The notes under the pieces: model-generated | Told to the model about the DNA's origin: nothing | Seen by the model: the letters and a program-made list of their open reading frames with translations, nothing else | Databases searched by the model: none | Program-made: the position numbers and the translations under genes | Shown: in pieces, positions 38,878 to 53,045 of the stretch | How the letters are laid out: each line of letters begins with the position of its first letter | How positions within the stretch are numbered: position 1 is the first letter of the stretch | Source of the DNA: Phallusia mammillata | Lineage: Eukaryota | Length of the DNA stretch: 64,000 bases | Direction: 5' to 3' | Assembly: GCA_965637545.1 (NCBI GenBank) | Contig: OZ281497.1 | Coordinates: 22,754,001 to 22,818,000 of the forward strand

Positions 38878-41143
38878 CTCGTTCACGATTGGTTGTTCGT
38901 CTGCTTCGGTTTTCACCACACAATTATTAATAGGAGGAAAGATATGCAGCATGCAGGTTAATGGTGGGGATCGCCATCGCCGTGTCTAACTCACTGGTAT
39001 AAAATTGTAATAAAAAGTTAGAAGGTGAGATGCCGCACTTTGACCAATCACATGCCGGGAAGAAAAGCTATTAGGCATGCACTGGTCTGGGCAACACACG
39101 AATGCGAATTGATATGATAAGTTAAATTAACCTTTCCTGTATCAGCTGGATCCGCAAATTGCTAAGCAGAACTGATCTCAGCTAAGCAGATATTCAGCAG
39201 AACACACGGATCAAACCTTCAGACAAATACACGCTAGATTTGCAGATGAGAATCAACAGCCAAAAGAATAGGAATATCCACAGAAGTCGCACGTCATCAA
39301 CCTGACGTCATAATCACGTCACAGCCGATTATTATTAAGGAAACATGAATGTGACGTGGTTAATCGGGCAGCGAAGATTCAGTGCTAGTCTGTAGAAGTC
39401 CCTTCAGAAAACGACATTGTTACCTATGTTAGTATTTAATAAGCGAAAAAATAAAAATGTGACGACTGGCGGCAGTGCCGGGGGAGGACAACGTCACAAC
39501 TGAGGGCGCAAATTTATCGACACTGCCGACAACAACAAAAACAACAACATCATAGAGCAACGGAGACACAACCTGAAATAAAAAGGAGAGCCCACCCGGG
39601 AAATGTGTTTAGGTTTGTGAGTGGAAAAAAACTTTCTCCTAGTTAGCCGGCTGGCTCGCGAACCTGCAGGAACGCCTGCACCGGTACCCATCTCCGGTGG
39701 ATTTCTGGCTCTCTCGGCCCAAGGTGGTGAGTCCAATCGTATATCTAGCCCTTCATTTAGCTAAAGTCATTTAACGCGCCACGCCTTATCTAAACCCGTA
39801 ACTGAAGGTGAAATGTGGCGCGCGACCCGGGGCCCATCTTAACTAACCTACCCTTAGTTATGTGCTACAAGTAATCTAAACCCTAGGCGGATCTTGCTGA
39901 ACATGTAGCACGTCTACTGGAGTTAGGCCTTCCATTCGGTGGGCCTGCAAATGACGAATGGAAGGCCCGTCGGCGCAAAGTTAAACCTAGAGTTATGGCC
40001 TAGAATCGGCATTCGTGTGTTGACCAGCGCGACAACTTATACGTTACTGACTCCTTCATATTGAAGTTGACAAGGTTGAGAATGGTCGTGACTTGGAATG
40101 TCAAGATTGGAGGCAGTCGCATTGACGTTGATGGTTGTGGTGCTAATGGGTTGGATAAGATGCGGTTCCAATAACTGGATTCCACTAGACATGCGGATTC
40201 CACGAATCCAGGCAATAACTGGATTCCACGAATCCAGGCAATAACGGAAGTTGATGGGGATGTAGGAGGTAATAACAAAGAAATCTGAAAGTATAAAAAT
40301 GGAATTTTACGTTTACTGTATGCAAGGTTATTAATCATTCTTACGGCAAAAGCTCTCCAAAGCAAAATAAGATTGAACAGAGATTGTGGATTAGTAATCA
40401 GTCTATTTTAACTTTTAGACTACAAGAAAAGGGGTTGCAATCAGAGATAACTACCTTCATGGCATCCAAGTCTGACAAGGAATAGCAGTTGGTGCTGTAC
40501 AATGTTTCAAAAACGGAAAAAAATCCGCACCGCCTAAAGAAAGAGTAAGTTAAGTACGAGCATGCAATCACAAACCATGTGTCCTGGGTAAAATGCACAG
40601 TTTATTTCACAACATACAACTACTTCTTGCCCCGGTGACTTTTGCGGTAAATGATTTTCTTTGTTTCACTTTAGCTTAACTGAAAGACGATTTCAAAATT
40701 GTTGCTTCAACCTGTAAGCAATGAAACTCTTTAAGCAAGCAAATGTACTAACACTACCCGCTTCATGGCATTATCAACTCTCTCAGTGGTTTTGAACGAC
40801 CTGTTCTACTGCTCAATAGTAACATATGCTGTACACATGCGTAAACAAGACTTGCTTTGGTAACTTAGTTGATGCACTTTGGGAAGAGGAAGAACACAGC
40901 GAAGATCTTGACCGTGATTTCGACAAAGTACGTTGTCACCTCTGCGGACCGACGAAGAAGATGAAAACATAGAACATGAGGTAAACGATGGTGACGAAGG
41001 ACCATGCAGGAGGTTGGTGGAGACGGCGATGAAGAAGAACAAAACTGGAGGATTAAGTGGACAGCCATGAGCTAATCAAGAGGATGACGCAAACCGCTAT
41101 GACGAAGAACCAAGCAGAGAGATGACTCAGAGGGCGATGATGG

Positions 41144-43232
41144 ACGGTGATGACATGATAAGAAGGATGACGCAAACGGAGATGATATGGTAAGAAGGAT
41201 GACGTAACAGGTGATGATCTGGTAAGAAGGATGACGTAAACAGTGATAATCTGGCAGAAAAGATGACGTAAACGGTGATGATCTGGTAAGAAGGATGACG
41301 TAAACAGTGATAATCTGGCAGAAAAGATGACGTAAGCGGTGATGATCTGGTAAGAAGGATGACGTAAACGGTGATGATCTGGAAAGAAGGATGACGTAAA
41401 TGGTAAAGATCTGCTAAGAGAGATGACGTAGATGGTGATGATGCGGTAAGAAGGATGGCGTATATGTTGATGATCTGCTAAGAAGGATGACGTAGAAGGT
41501 GATGGACTGGTAAGAAGGATGACGCAAACGGTGATGATCTGGTAAGAAGGATGACGTAAACGGTGATGATCTTGTAAGAAGGATGACGTAGACGGTGATG
41601 ATCTGGAAAAAAGGATGACATAGACGGTGATGATCTGGAAAAAAAGATGACGTAAACAGTGATGATCTGGAAAAAAGGATGACGTAAACAGTGATGATCT
41701 GGTAAAAAGGATGACGTAAACTGTGATGATCTGGTAAAAAGGATGACGTAAACGGTGATGATCTGGAAAGAAGGATGACGTAAACGGTGATGATCTGGTA
41801 AGAAGGATGACGTAGACGGTAATGATAGACGCTGATGATCCGGAAAGAAGGATGACGTAAACGGTGATGATAATCAGGTAGAAAGGATGACGTAAACGGT
41901 AATGCTCTGGTAGGAAGGGTGACGTAAACGGTGATAATCTGGTAGAAAGGATGACGTAAACGGTGATGCTCTGGTAAGAAGGATGACGTAAACAGTGATT
42001 ATCTGGTAGAAAGGATGACGTAAACGGTGATGATCTGGAAAAAATGATGACATAGACGGTGATGATCTGGAAAAAAGGATGACGTAGACGGTGATGATCT
42101 GGAAAAAAGGATGACGTAAACAGTGATGATATGGTAAAAAGGATGACGTAAACAGTGATGATCTGGTAAAAAGGATGACATAAACGGTGATGATCTGGTA
42201 AAAAGGATGACGTAAACGGTCATGATCTGGTAAAAGAAGGATGACGTAAACGGTGATGATCTGGAAAGAAGGATGACGTAAACGGTCATGATAGACGGTG
42301 ATGATCTAGTAAGAAGGATGACGTAAACGGTGATGATCTAGTAAGAAGGATGACGTAAACGGTGATGATAGACGGTGAAGATCTGGTAAGAAGGATGACT
42401 TAAACAGTGATGATCTTGTAAGAAAATTGACGTAAACGGTGATGATCTGGTAAGAAGGATGACGTAAACGGTGATGATCTGGCAAGGAGTATGACGCAAA
42501 CAGTGATGATCTTGTAAGAAAGATGACGTAAACGGTGATGATCTTGTAAGAAAGATGACGTAAACGGTGATGATCTGGTAAGAAGGATGACGTAAACGGT
42601 GATGATAGACGGTGATGATCTGGTAAGAAGGATGACGTAAACGGTGATGATCTGGTAAGGATGACGTAAACGGTGATGATAGACGGTGATGATCTGGTAA
42701 GAAGGATGACGTAAGCGGTGATGGTCTGGTAAGAAGGATGACGTAAACGGTGATAATCTGGTAGAAAGGATGACGTAAACGGTGATGCTCTGGTAAGAAG
42801 GATGACGTAAACAGTGATTATCTGGTAGAAAGGATGACGTAAACGGTGATGATCTGGAAAAAATGATGACATAGACGGTGATGATCTGGAAAAAAGGATG
42901 ACGTAGACGGTGATGATCTGGAAAAAAGGATGACGTAAACAGTGATGATATGGTAAAAAGGATGACGTAAACAGTGATGATCTGGTAGAATGGATGATGT
43001 AAACGGTGATGACCTGGAAAGAAGGATGACGTAAACGGTGATGATATGGTAAGAAAGATGACGTAAACGGTGATGATCTGGTCAAAAGGATGACGTAAAC
43101 GGTGACGATCTGGTAAGAAGTAGGACATAAACGATGATGATCTTGTAAGAAGGATGACGTAAACAGTGATGATCTAGTATGAAGGATGACGTAGACGGTG
43201 ATGATCTGGTGAGAAGGATGACGTAGACGGCG
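41144..43232. repeat. 32-bp minisatellite, about 65 copies
   Basis: Unit GATGATCTGGTAAGAAGGATGACGTAAACGGT with point variants; 41928-42167 recurs at 42746-42985. Confidence 0.97.
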
Positions 43233-46200
43233 ATGCAGAAGAAGCTAGCAGGAAGTGACCAAGAAACCAATGATCACAATCTAGTAAAGATGATGACGTT
43301 GGACGAGTGGTAAACATTCCAAACGTGGAAATGCTTTGACCGCATTGGTGTGGACAATTCACGAATATATCAAAGATGAAGTAGAAATTGTTAGCATATC
43401 TTTGTGGTAGACCATGAGGTAGGATCATAATAATGACAAGATGGTACATGCGGAGAAGTCGATTGTGAGAGACGTAGCACAGGTGGCAACTGAGTTGAAG
43501 TTAACCTTGGCGAAAAAACACGATGATAAACGACGCATTGCATGGAAGTCCAAAGGTCTTTGATAGGCGATAGGTAGTTTGGGCGTTGAATAAACAATGG
43601 AATTCAACGAGAGTTTGTAAAGTCAACATATCCATAACATAGTCCGATAATGCGATATATACAAGTTGTGACACAGTAAGTGCAAATGTCAATGTAAAGT
43701 TCTCCACTGATATTTAATTGAATATTAGTAAACAATGACAATAATTTGCAAAACAGTAACAATGGTTCAAGCACAATCTAAATTTAAAATACCAATTACA
43801 AAATAATCACAGTACATTAAAGCTCACTGCTTCAATTACAAAATACACATGAGATATTCTATGATATAAAAACAAACAAACTTTGGCCCGCAATCCTTTC
43901 TTAACCACTCAAAATCTATTCTATCTATTTCGATCCATTCCTTCAAAACCATTTTGCTGTACTGAAAACCTGTTAAACCCTTTACTGTCCTTAAACGTGT
44001 TATTTAAACTTTCTTAGTACCCACTTAAAATGTACTTGTTAATGCTGTTGCTGACATATCAATTAACTTAGTACCACTACTTAAAGTTCTATTCATCTAT
44101 ATCTGTCCTTTAATTTATCGGCCTTTTGCTGTATTGAAAACCTGCTTTGCTGTTTCCTTTCCTAAACGTTTCCTAAAATTATGTGGCATTCTTTTCAGAA
44201 AAACAAAACAAAATACACTCTCACTGAATATGTAACAGAAACATATATAAACTACCATTGCACTTTGTTATAACTTATAACAAATTAGCTAATTATACAG
44301 AACGCTGCATGTATATGTTCCAAGGCCACAGGTTCGACTTTCAGAAGTTTCTGATTTTTCTTTGTTTCAGAAGTACCAACAATATCAGTTGCAAATTTGT
44401 CAATCTGTAATCAGTTTTTAAGCAGAGCAATTTCAAAATATACTGGTCCCGCACTTGTACAGAAATCAGAAACAAACTGCTATTGTTCTCACCAACGAAT
44501 GCTGTTTTTTTTAAAGTAAACAAATTTCAGATCACTGAGTTTCGAAACAAGTCACTGACTTAATAACAGTTACAAATAACAACATCTGTTTCGGCAGCAA
44601 AACAACAAATCTGGATCGGCAGAAACCTACAAATCATGACAAAGTTGTTTGAAACTGCTGTTTGTTCAACACTTGCAAGCGTCAGAGGACTTTTGCAGCA
44701 TATGTCTGAAAAAAAAACAAGCTACTGCGGCTGTTTTCAAATCCACAACACACAATCAGTTACTGGTATACCTATAACTATAATTACAGGTTTGTCCATT
44801 TTTCTGATAAGCAGAAAACAACAATGCAAGCATCCAACAACGTAATTGCAAACCAGATTCAAACTGTCGGTTTCATAGCAGAAATATATATTACACTAAC
44901 AAATCAACACTGTTTCTCGCGCTTTTTTTCCTGGTCTGCGTTAGAGGTGTAGGTCAACTCTGCTCACGTATTGTGTCTTAGCTTTTACAACTAATCACTT
45001 CTAGGTACCTTGGATCTTTAGCTGTAACGCCTGACTTAAATTTATGCTGTTGTATTACTATGCTATTTCATTGCCATAAAAACTAATTTCTGGTAGAAAA
45101 TACAAAATCTGTTGATATTTTCTTACTGGTGATTTCAACAAATAATCTCGACCTAGTGGATGTAACTTTTTGGACCAGCTACGTTGGGCCAAAGTTTGTG
45201 TTATATAAGACACATGGTGGTAAAAGTGGTAGTACTACAAAATTTAAGATATGACATATAAACAGCATAAAGAACACCAAGACATACGTTTCAACGATGT
45301 GTGAATGTTACGAGTCATTTAGTCCATTGAAAACTCTTTCGTTGGAGTCGCTGATTTCCAAAAAGCGTGTAATGACTTTGGTGCTTCTCCAAGAAAATTC
45401 TAGCAAACAAAGATGGGCACTAATATAAAGTAATTACAAACTTCTAAAAAATACACTGGTTGTTGCTACGTTTATGACACAGGAGCTATGTTTATACCAA
45501 ACTTTAAGCAAAGACATTATTTTCGCAAGCAGTTGACTAAGGCTTTTCTCAACGAGTAAACATTTTTAAGTTAGATTTTAACAAATTATACTTTGTATGG
45601 TGATTTTTCAATTTAATTCAAACATGCAACGATCGCTTTTTCGGTGTGGGTCAAATAGCTTCCTAATGCATTAAAAACGTTAATTCTAAAACAACTGTTT
45701 ACATTTTCATTTCGTTACGAAATCTAAAGCGAAGGTTCATTCACAACACGTAAACGAAGCAAGCAACGCTAAAAACTGCTTGTGGCAAAACGCGCAAACG
45801 TCTTGTAGGTTGCATGTGTTTGGGCAATCAGCAAAAAGTGCCGTTCGAGCAAAAGCGCTCTTGCTTGAAACTGCATTGGCAACAGCTGACTTAAAAATCT
45901 CTAAGTTAAGTGTACAGTCCAAATGTTGGTAACATCATAATAAAGACCAAATTTGGTACACTTTAAACAACATAAAAAAAGCACAATTTTTCACAGCGCT
46001 GTTTCACAAGGTTTACATAAAATTTTTACATTAATAACTATTTTTTTGGATTAGTTTTATTGAATTTTAAGTGCTAATACCTTACCCCGACCCTAATAGC
46101 CCTAACCGTTAGCATTTTTTTAGATATACCGTTTTAAAAATTAAGCACTTTTGGATCTCCTAGGAGGCACTCCGTCAGTAGCTCTACCGTTTCACAATGC

Positions 46201-46736
46201 CGAAAAACACCTATACAGCAGTAAGTACAAGATTGAATGGGTAATTTCGCAAAACAAGTTTAGTAAAGTATTTATACCGCGCTATAACTGTGTAGCGATT
46301 ACGTCATAATTTGTGCAAACCTTGCAATAATTGTTTGCCAAATTAGCTGGTTTTACTTGCTAAAATGCTCGAGTTGATAATATTCCCTGTTACAGTTAAA
46401 TTAGGAGGTTGATCGACTTTGCTATCTGGTGTTTACCCGCTTTAATCGTATGTTTTGTATTGTGCGGTAAATTTGGCGCTGTTTTGTGTGTGAGAAAATG
46501 TGCAAGCACCAACGGCAAGAGCATAGTTGTACAGTTTAATGTCACGTGTAATGAATTTATAAAACGTACCGCTGATGTAATGGCTCATAACAGTTTTAGT
46601 CCTATACCGCAGTTAACTCTTTGGCTTACTGTTCAATTACTTGCATTGAAGTAATGTGTTGGTTGCTAGCTTAACTTGAATTTATATGTAAACGTTATTA
46701 CTATTAATTTCTAACGACTTGTTTTGTTTCTCAAAC

Positions 46737-46803
46737 ATTCTATTTGAATAAGCAATCTATTTGAATAAGACATTCTATTTGAATAAGATTTTATTTGAAT
46801 AAG
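46737..46803 (+). repeat. Four tandem copies of the Ciona-type spliced leader ATTCTATTTGAATAAG
   Basis: Exact at 46737-46752 and 46772-46787; one mismatch at 46754-46769 and 46788-46803. SL identity is from recalled literature. Confidence 0.85.
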
Positions 46804-47200
46804 TAATAAACAAACGAACCGAAGTGCAAGACACGTGTGTGGAGTTTCCAGGACTCTGTCCTGACAAGCCCAGGAGCTTGGGAGGATAAGGACGGTGATA
46901 TACCTCTTTAATTTGTAGTGACGCGATTATATCCTTGAGACTCATCAGCGAACAATACCATAAACATTCGATCACTACAACTGTGACCAAAATACTTTTA
47001 CAACATCAATATTTTATTAATTGTGTACCTTGTTTATGGTTTGTGCAGGATCCTTTACCACATATATGTCATGACTGCAACATTAAATGTCAAAATACTA
47101 AATAACTTAACATTTTCATTAATTAGCTGACAAATTCAGCACACACTTAAATCAGCAAAAAGTCTTACTCATGTCTCGTATTAGCACGAAACTCACTTAC

Positions 47201-50200
47201 GTGTATTATATTGACGGTAGAAGGCGCTAAACTTCGTACAGTTGCCGATTTGTCTGAATACCGAACGTAGATTTTCTCCTTCAACGCAGGTGCGAAAATT
47301 TCAATCTGAGCACATTTAACTCAAGGATTGAAGTTATTTTTTTACGAACTTTTACCACTATATTGCGGATGACAAAGTTTGTTACGAGGCAAAAATCGAA
47401 AAGTTATAAAATGTTTGTTGAGACTCAACAAAATTGATGTGTTAACAGTAATACCTTCACCTTTGCAATTAATCCGTTTTTGTTAATAAACTGGTCAAGT
47501 CCAGTCCAACTGACAACAACCGTTGAGGCGTTGCATTCAAAAGTCGTTGCGTTGGTAACAACTGTTGATGCATAGTCACAAAATTTAAAAAAGAATGTCA
47601 AATTATTCCTTTTACCCACACAATGATTCTTTTATTACCTGGAGGATAGCAACTAGATGGTGGGTTAGGAAATGTTGTGAAGTCAAGGGTGAAGGAGACG
47701 TTAGATCTAACGCAACCAGAAAGAATTGCGGTGACCTGTGAATTAAATGTTGCTTTAAATAATTCTGCACATTTTCCGCGTATTACACTGTTGGACTACT
47801 TCGTGTTGTTGCTGTTTTAGGTTATGTCGATGGTTATCATTAACCTGTAATGTATAATAGAAATGTTCGCAATTTTTGCTATATTTACATTTAATTGATA
47901 TTTTGTGTCAACACTCAAGCTTCCAATCGCAGTGGATCCATCTAAATACGGGGTTCTGAATCTTCTGTTCAGCCTCGAAACATGAATTTCAACCTAAGTA
48001 CAACACATTTCGAAAATGATATGAAAAGTCGCCAGCTTTTAACAAATGTTACCACTGCACTGAGATTATGTTTTTTGATGAATTGATCAAGTCCAGTCCA
48101 CCTGACCACCACAGATGAAGCGTTGCATGCATCTCTCTTCACTGTAGCTTTGACTAAAAGTGAAATAACAAGTTTAATTAAAATGTAGCAGCAGGTTTGC
48201 ACAGTATGTTTAACTTAGTATTATTTGCAGCAACAGGAGTATGCAAACACTATCTCTGTCAATTCATTCACTCGATTATACGCTGCCCTGGATTATAATT
48301 TGCGTGCTGTCATGTTCGATACTATAGTTCTATCGTTGGCTGTTTTGTTATTTGGCAACAATTGCTGGCTAGTCAAACGACGAATTTGGAACGCGAATTG
48401 AATCATAACAAAGGGATGGAGAAGTAACATGGGCATGACAGTAAACCGCCATCGCATAGCTTTGAGGCCTAGTTTCACAGTATGTGTCTGTAACTTTTGT
48501 ATCGATAATATTACCTAGCTATAAGCAGTTAGTTGCTGGACTTAACCCGGTGCCAAACGGTGCCACGAATCTCATAGGGTTAAGGTTAGGGTGAAAAAAT
48601 GTCGTAATGATCAATAGCCATATGATAAAGCAGCGGGTGATAACTGACGCATGATCAAATGTCGTGTGACAGCGGATGATGAAATTTCGAGTGTGATAAA
48701 ATGTCACTCAACCGTGCTAAACAAACCAAAAACGTCCTGTATAAGGCATCGTCCATTATTACCCATCATGCCTTCTCTATTGTTCTTTTCAGCCCTACTT
48801 ATTGTAGGGTTTGCATGTATGGATCTGTCAAACAAACTTTCGGGTTTTAACCGACTTTTCAAAACCAATTCGGCTTCGGGCTTACACTTTCCAAGTTAAG
48901 GTCAAATTCCAGACCCACTTACAGCCATAAATGTAGGCAAACTGTAGGGAAAAAAACTTTACAAACCGCAACTTGCAATTGAATGTATACGATATTCAAA
49001 TTGTGTTTCCCATTTTTAACTTGCGCTAAACTCCAGCCAACCAACTTGCGATATCACTCACGTTTCACTTGACAAGCGTAGTAGGCCTTTCTTTTGCACT
49101 TTATGCTTGATTGTTTGTATATGTATTGTTTATTTTAAGATAAATTGTTTTGTTTTATAATTACTCACATTTTGCTTGGCAGGCGTAGTAAGCCCTTTCC
49201 CCACTGCAGTTCATGCTTGACTGCTCCCATCCGATCCCATAATGCAACGCTCCCTGCTGGCAAGTTGCAACGTTGGAAACGGGAAAGTTTGCCGGAGATC
49301 CGTCGCTCCAATACCAACCATGCAACGACGTGTTGTAACGAGCTCCAATAATGATATTTATATCTTTGAACATAAAAGTTACAACAGATTCCAATATTGT
49401 AAAGAAATATCGCTAATATTTTGTTGTTAAATATCGGCAGAAACTAATCTGGTGTTCGGAACGATCCTTGTATTTTGTAAAGTTTTTATATGACTCATTC
49501 ACACTTCGCAGTTTGTATGCATTTCGTCGACCAAAATAAATAAAAATTTTCTTTTGGCGTTTTCTGGTATTGTTAGCAAATAATGTATAGCGTGACGTCC
49601 ACCCTACAAACCGGCATTCGTTAAAAAACTCGGTGTTAGTAATATGTAAGATATTCGATCCAGTATTTGTTTGCAAACTACGTTTTGTATTTAAGAAAAA
49701 ATCTCAGTTGGGTTTCAAATTAATTGTAATTGCTAATTGAAAAATTTAGGGAAATGAAACGTAATGTATTAATTTACAAACCAGCTGCTCAACACAAACC
49801 GTTCCAATTTCCTTTTTTACTCAAGCCTTCACAAGTTTTTCCGACAGTTACTCCCCACTTGTAATCAGGTTCATTTCTCCAAGCATCACAAAAATAGATT
49901 GTTTGTCTTCTGTTTTGCTGATTGCTAAAACAAATGTGAAATACGATTGCGAAAGTAAACGTTGCAACCTCCAATAACTACGGTTTAGTTAATAATTCTG
50001 TCTTCGTTTTGTTGTTGACCATTAGTGGATGGTGCATGCCAAATGTTATTACCTTTTATACAAGTCAAAATACCACAGATGTCCTAGAGATTTTGTCCTT
50101 TTCCAAGTGCCATTTTTATGCGGACTTTTCGAGTATTTGTATTGTTGATAAAAAAAAAAAAAAAAATATATAAACCCGTTGCAAATCTGAAACAATTCTT

Positions 50201-50814
50201 GAAAATCACTAAAATTCAAACAATAAAAAGAATTGTTATATGTTTGCAAACAGCTGATTTTGAAACGAAATTATTTTCTTTTTCTCAATTTCTTGCTTCC
50301 ATCTTAACCTGTTGTAAATTTGTCTGTTATGAGTTGAGTGAGAGTTGTGTTGATCTGTGGGTCATCAGTCATTGCAAGATTTCCACCCAGCAAAGAACAT
50401 TTCTTCTGTGCTTTGTTTGCATTCCTTTCATTGTCAGATAATACCAAGACACTGTCCTTCACTGCTTGTAGAGTCTTTTTGCAACCTGTAATATATTTTT
50501 GTTTAAATGTGACCTGAATATTTGAACGATTTGAACAATTATTTCGGATTCACGGAGTGTAAATTTGTTTTTAAGTGTCGGGATGAATAATGTCTGACTC
50601 TATAGATATAATTCTTACTAAATCCAAGATGAAAGTCACAAAGGTTAAAAACCGAGGCCTGTTTTCACTTGACACTCCTGGATTCAAAATCCATGGTAAA
50701 AACAAAAAACAAAACTTTTCAATGTATATTGGAAACAAAGTTGTACTTACTGTTGATTTGTCCCCTTGAATAATAAACCAATAGCAATATTATGAAAATA
50801 TTGCTTCCTGTCAT
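47201..50814 (-). CDS. Signal peptide + C-type lectin-like + FN3 ectodomain-only paralog of the receptor phosphatase (secreted or truncated)
   Basis: Signal exon 50814-50751 (MTGSNIFIILLLVYYSRG). Exons [58 protein letters not shown], then FN3 exons [51 protein letters not shown]. No TM or PTP exons found downstream. One splice donor near 49445 is ambiguous. Confidence 0.72.
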
Positions 50815-52460
50815 ATTGTACGCTGTTTAAGCTAAAGCAGTTTGTACATTTCTGCTTGTTTTATTGTTTGATCGTTTTTTGTGCAAAAATTTCTTGCAAA
50901 TAAGAATTAAATTGAATTCAGTAACACAAACGGTTCTAAGTCGTCCAAGTAGATAAATATTGCTAAAACTTAAGTCAAACGCTGCCGGAAAATGCAGCAT
51001 AAACGTAGACAATTACTTTAGAATATAGTAACTGATACTGGTACTATTGTTTTCATCTTGGTTGGTGGTAATTTGTGTACTGCAACTACGTCCTGTCAAA
51101 ATCAAAGCGCGAACCTATATGCTTCCGCATACCGATCCTCTAACGTATCTGTATTCTCGATGGTGCGAGTCCTGTTGCATTGTCTGTCAAATATGCTTCT
51201 TCCTTATACTGGCGGGATTGTTTACGTCGAACTCATGTATCAGAATGCGGAAATTTTTTAACTTCGTTTACAATAATGGCTAAATATGGAAATAACACTA
51301 CACACAGCAGGTCACTCGAAACATGTACTGACATGTTTTGGATTATTGTTTTGCAAAACTTGGCACTGTGTTGCTTTTGATGCATTAAAAGCATTAATAT
51401 GTCATCACACTTCTACTTAGTGTGCCCTCATACGCCTTTTGTGAACAGGTCGTGCGATAAATTTCGTGCTGTCAAGGTTTTTACTGGTGTTTCAGTGTAA
51501 GTAAGAAACATAATAACTAAGAGTTTTACACTGCAACAACACCATGTCTACTAACCTCTATGTTTAAACATTATTTCCTTAGTCGGACTTTCCTCTTAGG
51601 CTGCCACTATGCTGCGTACCGTCTTCCAGTGCGGCTACAACGAAACCTTATAGTTAAACAATAGGATTTAGGAAATGCAGCTGTTTGCTGCCACCAAACG
51701 CTAACGCCATCATCGAACAACACGAGAAAATTAATCAATCAGCAAAATGCACTAATGCAAAAAGAAAACGAAAATACCTAAAATAACACAAATTGCAGCC
51801 GCAATTAGTAAACTTGGCGCGTATATGTGAATATGAGTAAAATAATATATAAGAACCAATCCACAGAATTTTCGCAACCTAAAATAAACATGTAAAATTT
51901 AACTGCTTGTTACTTTGGGTGTTAACATTTTTCATTTGAACGAGCTTCTCAGACGCGCCAGGTTATTAAAGCCAGTCACTGAATGTCGGTTATCGGTTTC
52001 TCCCCTCCTTATATTTCTTTCCAACTGTTCCTCTTTCTCTGTTTTTGTAAGCATATGTAAAGGATTACCGGAAGGGCAATGACTGTACGTCACTGTCTGG
52101 AAGCAAACAAACATGTAAAGAACGAAATTTTTGCGGTCTCTAGGCTAGATTCCGTCATGCACTGTACACATGCCTACTTTGTTGGTTAATCCAGCCCTCG
52201 GATCGATTGTTCAAGCAAAACGTCATTACGGTAAACAGTGACGCCAAGCATTTACAGCCTGCAAATATGCCGTGTGGTTTTCGCCTACCTTTAAAACGTC
52301 GACACTTAAAGACCACACCAAGTTAACGTAGCCACAGTTCAAACAACAGAGCACACTGCATCTCTTCACACCACTAAGTTTCAAAGTTTTTTCTTCCACT
52401 AAGTCTCGTAGAAACCGATATGTTTAATTTTGACTAAATCCTTTTTTTTTCGCAGTTCTA

Positions 52461-52960
52461 ATGTCAAAAATTGTCAGCATCTTTACTTGTAGATGTGTTG
52501 CTGATTGATTGTAACTACAGCAGTTTCCGGAAGTGTAATAAAACTTTACTAAAATCGCTCGCTTCAAAATCGTTTATAGTTGTAATTTGTCATGTATTAT
52601 TAAGATTTGTTTGCGTGTTACATGGGTTCTTTGAGGCAAGCATAAATTTATATTTGTCTCAAATCAACAGAAACAAACATGCGTACACAGATCACAATGC
52701 TTCTTCCATTTTCGTACACTCATATAGATTATGCTAAAGAAAGACTTAACTACAATTTTCGCTTTAACCAGGGAGTATTTTGGTCATTTATATGTCAGAG
52801 CCAAACATGCAAGTTATTAGGAAATTTAGGCTAGCACTTTTCACTTCACCTGCTTGTTTGATTTACCAGATGGCCACAACACACTGAAAGCAGTGAAGAA
52901 CAATGTGTTGATATTATCTGATGATCTTGTGGATGCAAACACTGCACAGGAGAAATGTTC
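52461..52960 (+). pseudogene. Dead 5' duplicate of the lectin-phosphatase gene
   Basis: Broken signal-like exon near 52461-52532 and a lectin exon ([23 protein letters not shown]) that matches 54890-54965 and stops abruptly at 52960. Confidence 0.75.
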
Positions 52961-53045
52961 GATCCCCTACTACGAAGCTGACATGTGCAGCATACGAGTC
53001 AGGCAACGGTGCTTGTGATTCGACTTTCGGCGGATTCTACACTGA

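Noticed and set aside
41144-43232. CRISPR array
   Set aside because: Units are contiguous with no unique spacers, no cas genes, and the context is eukaryotic.
41999-43270. Long minus-strand ORFs (259 aa, 242 aa, etc.)
   Set aside because: The repeat unit has no stop codon on that strand, so the ORFs are an artefact of the satellite.
39300-44300. Intact LTR retrotransposon
   Set aside because: No matching LTR pair, no convincing PBS, and no continuous gag/pol frame.
46737-46850. Functional SL RNA gene
   Set aside because: No GT donor directly after any leader copy and no Sm-site-like outron downstream.
49413-49830. Definite inactivating lesions in the minus lectin gene (TGA after NGLC; 1-nt deletion and lost donor near 49450)
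   Set aside because: Alternative GT donors (AACG|GTTTGT and ATTA|GTTTCT) restore the frame, so pseudogene status cannot be asserted.
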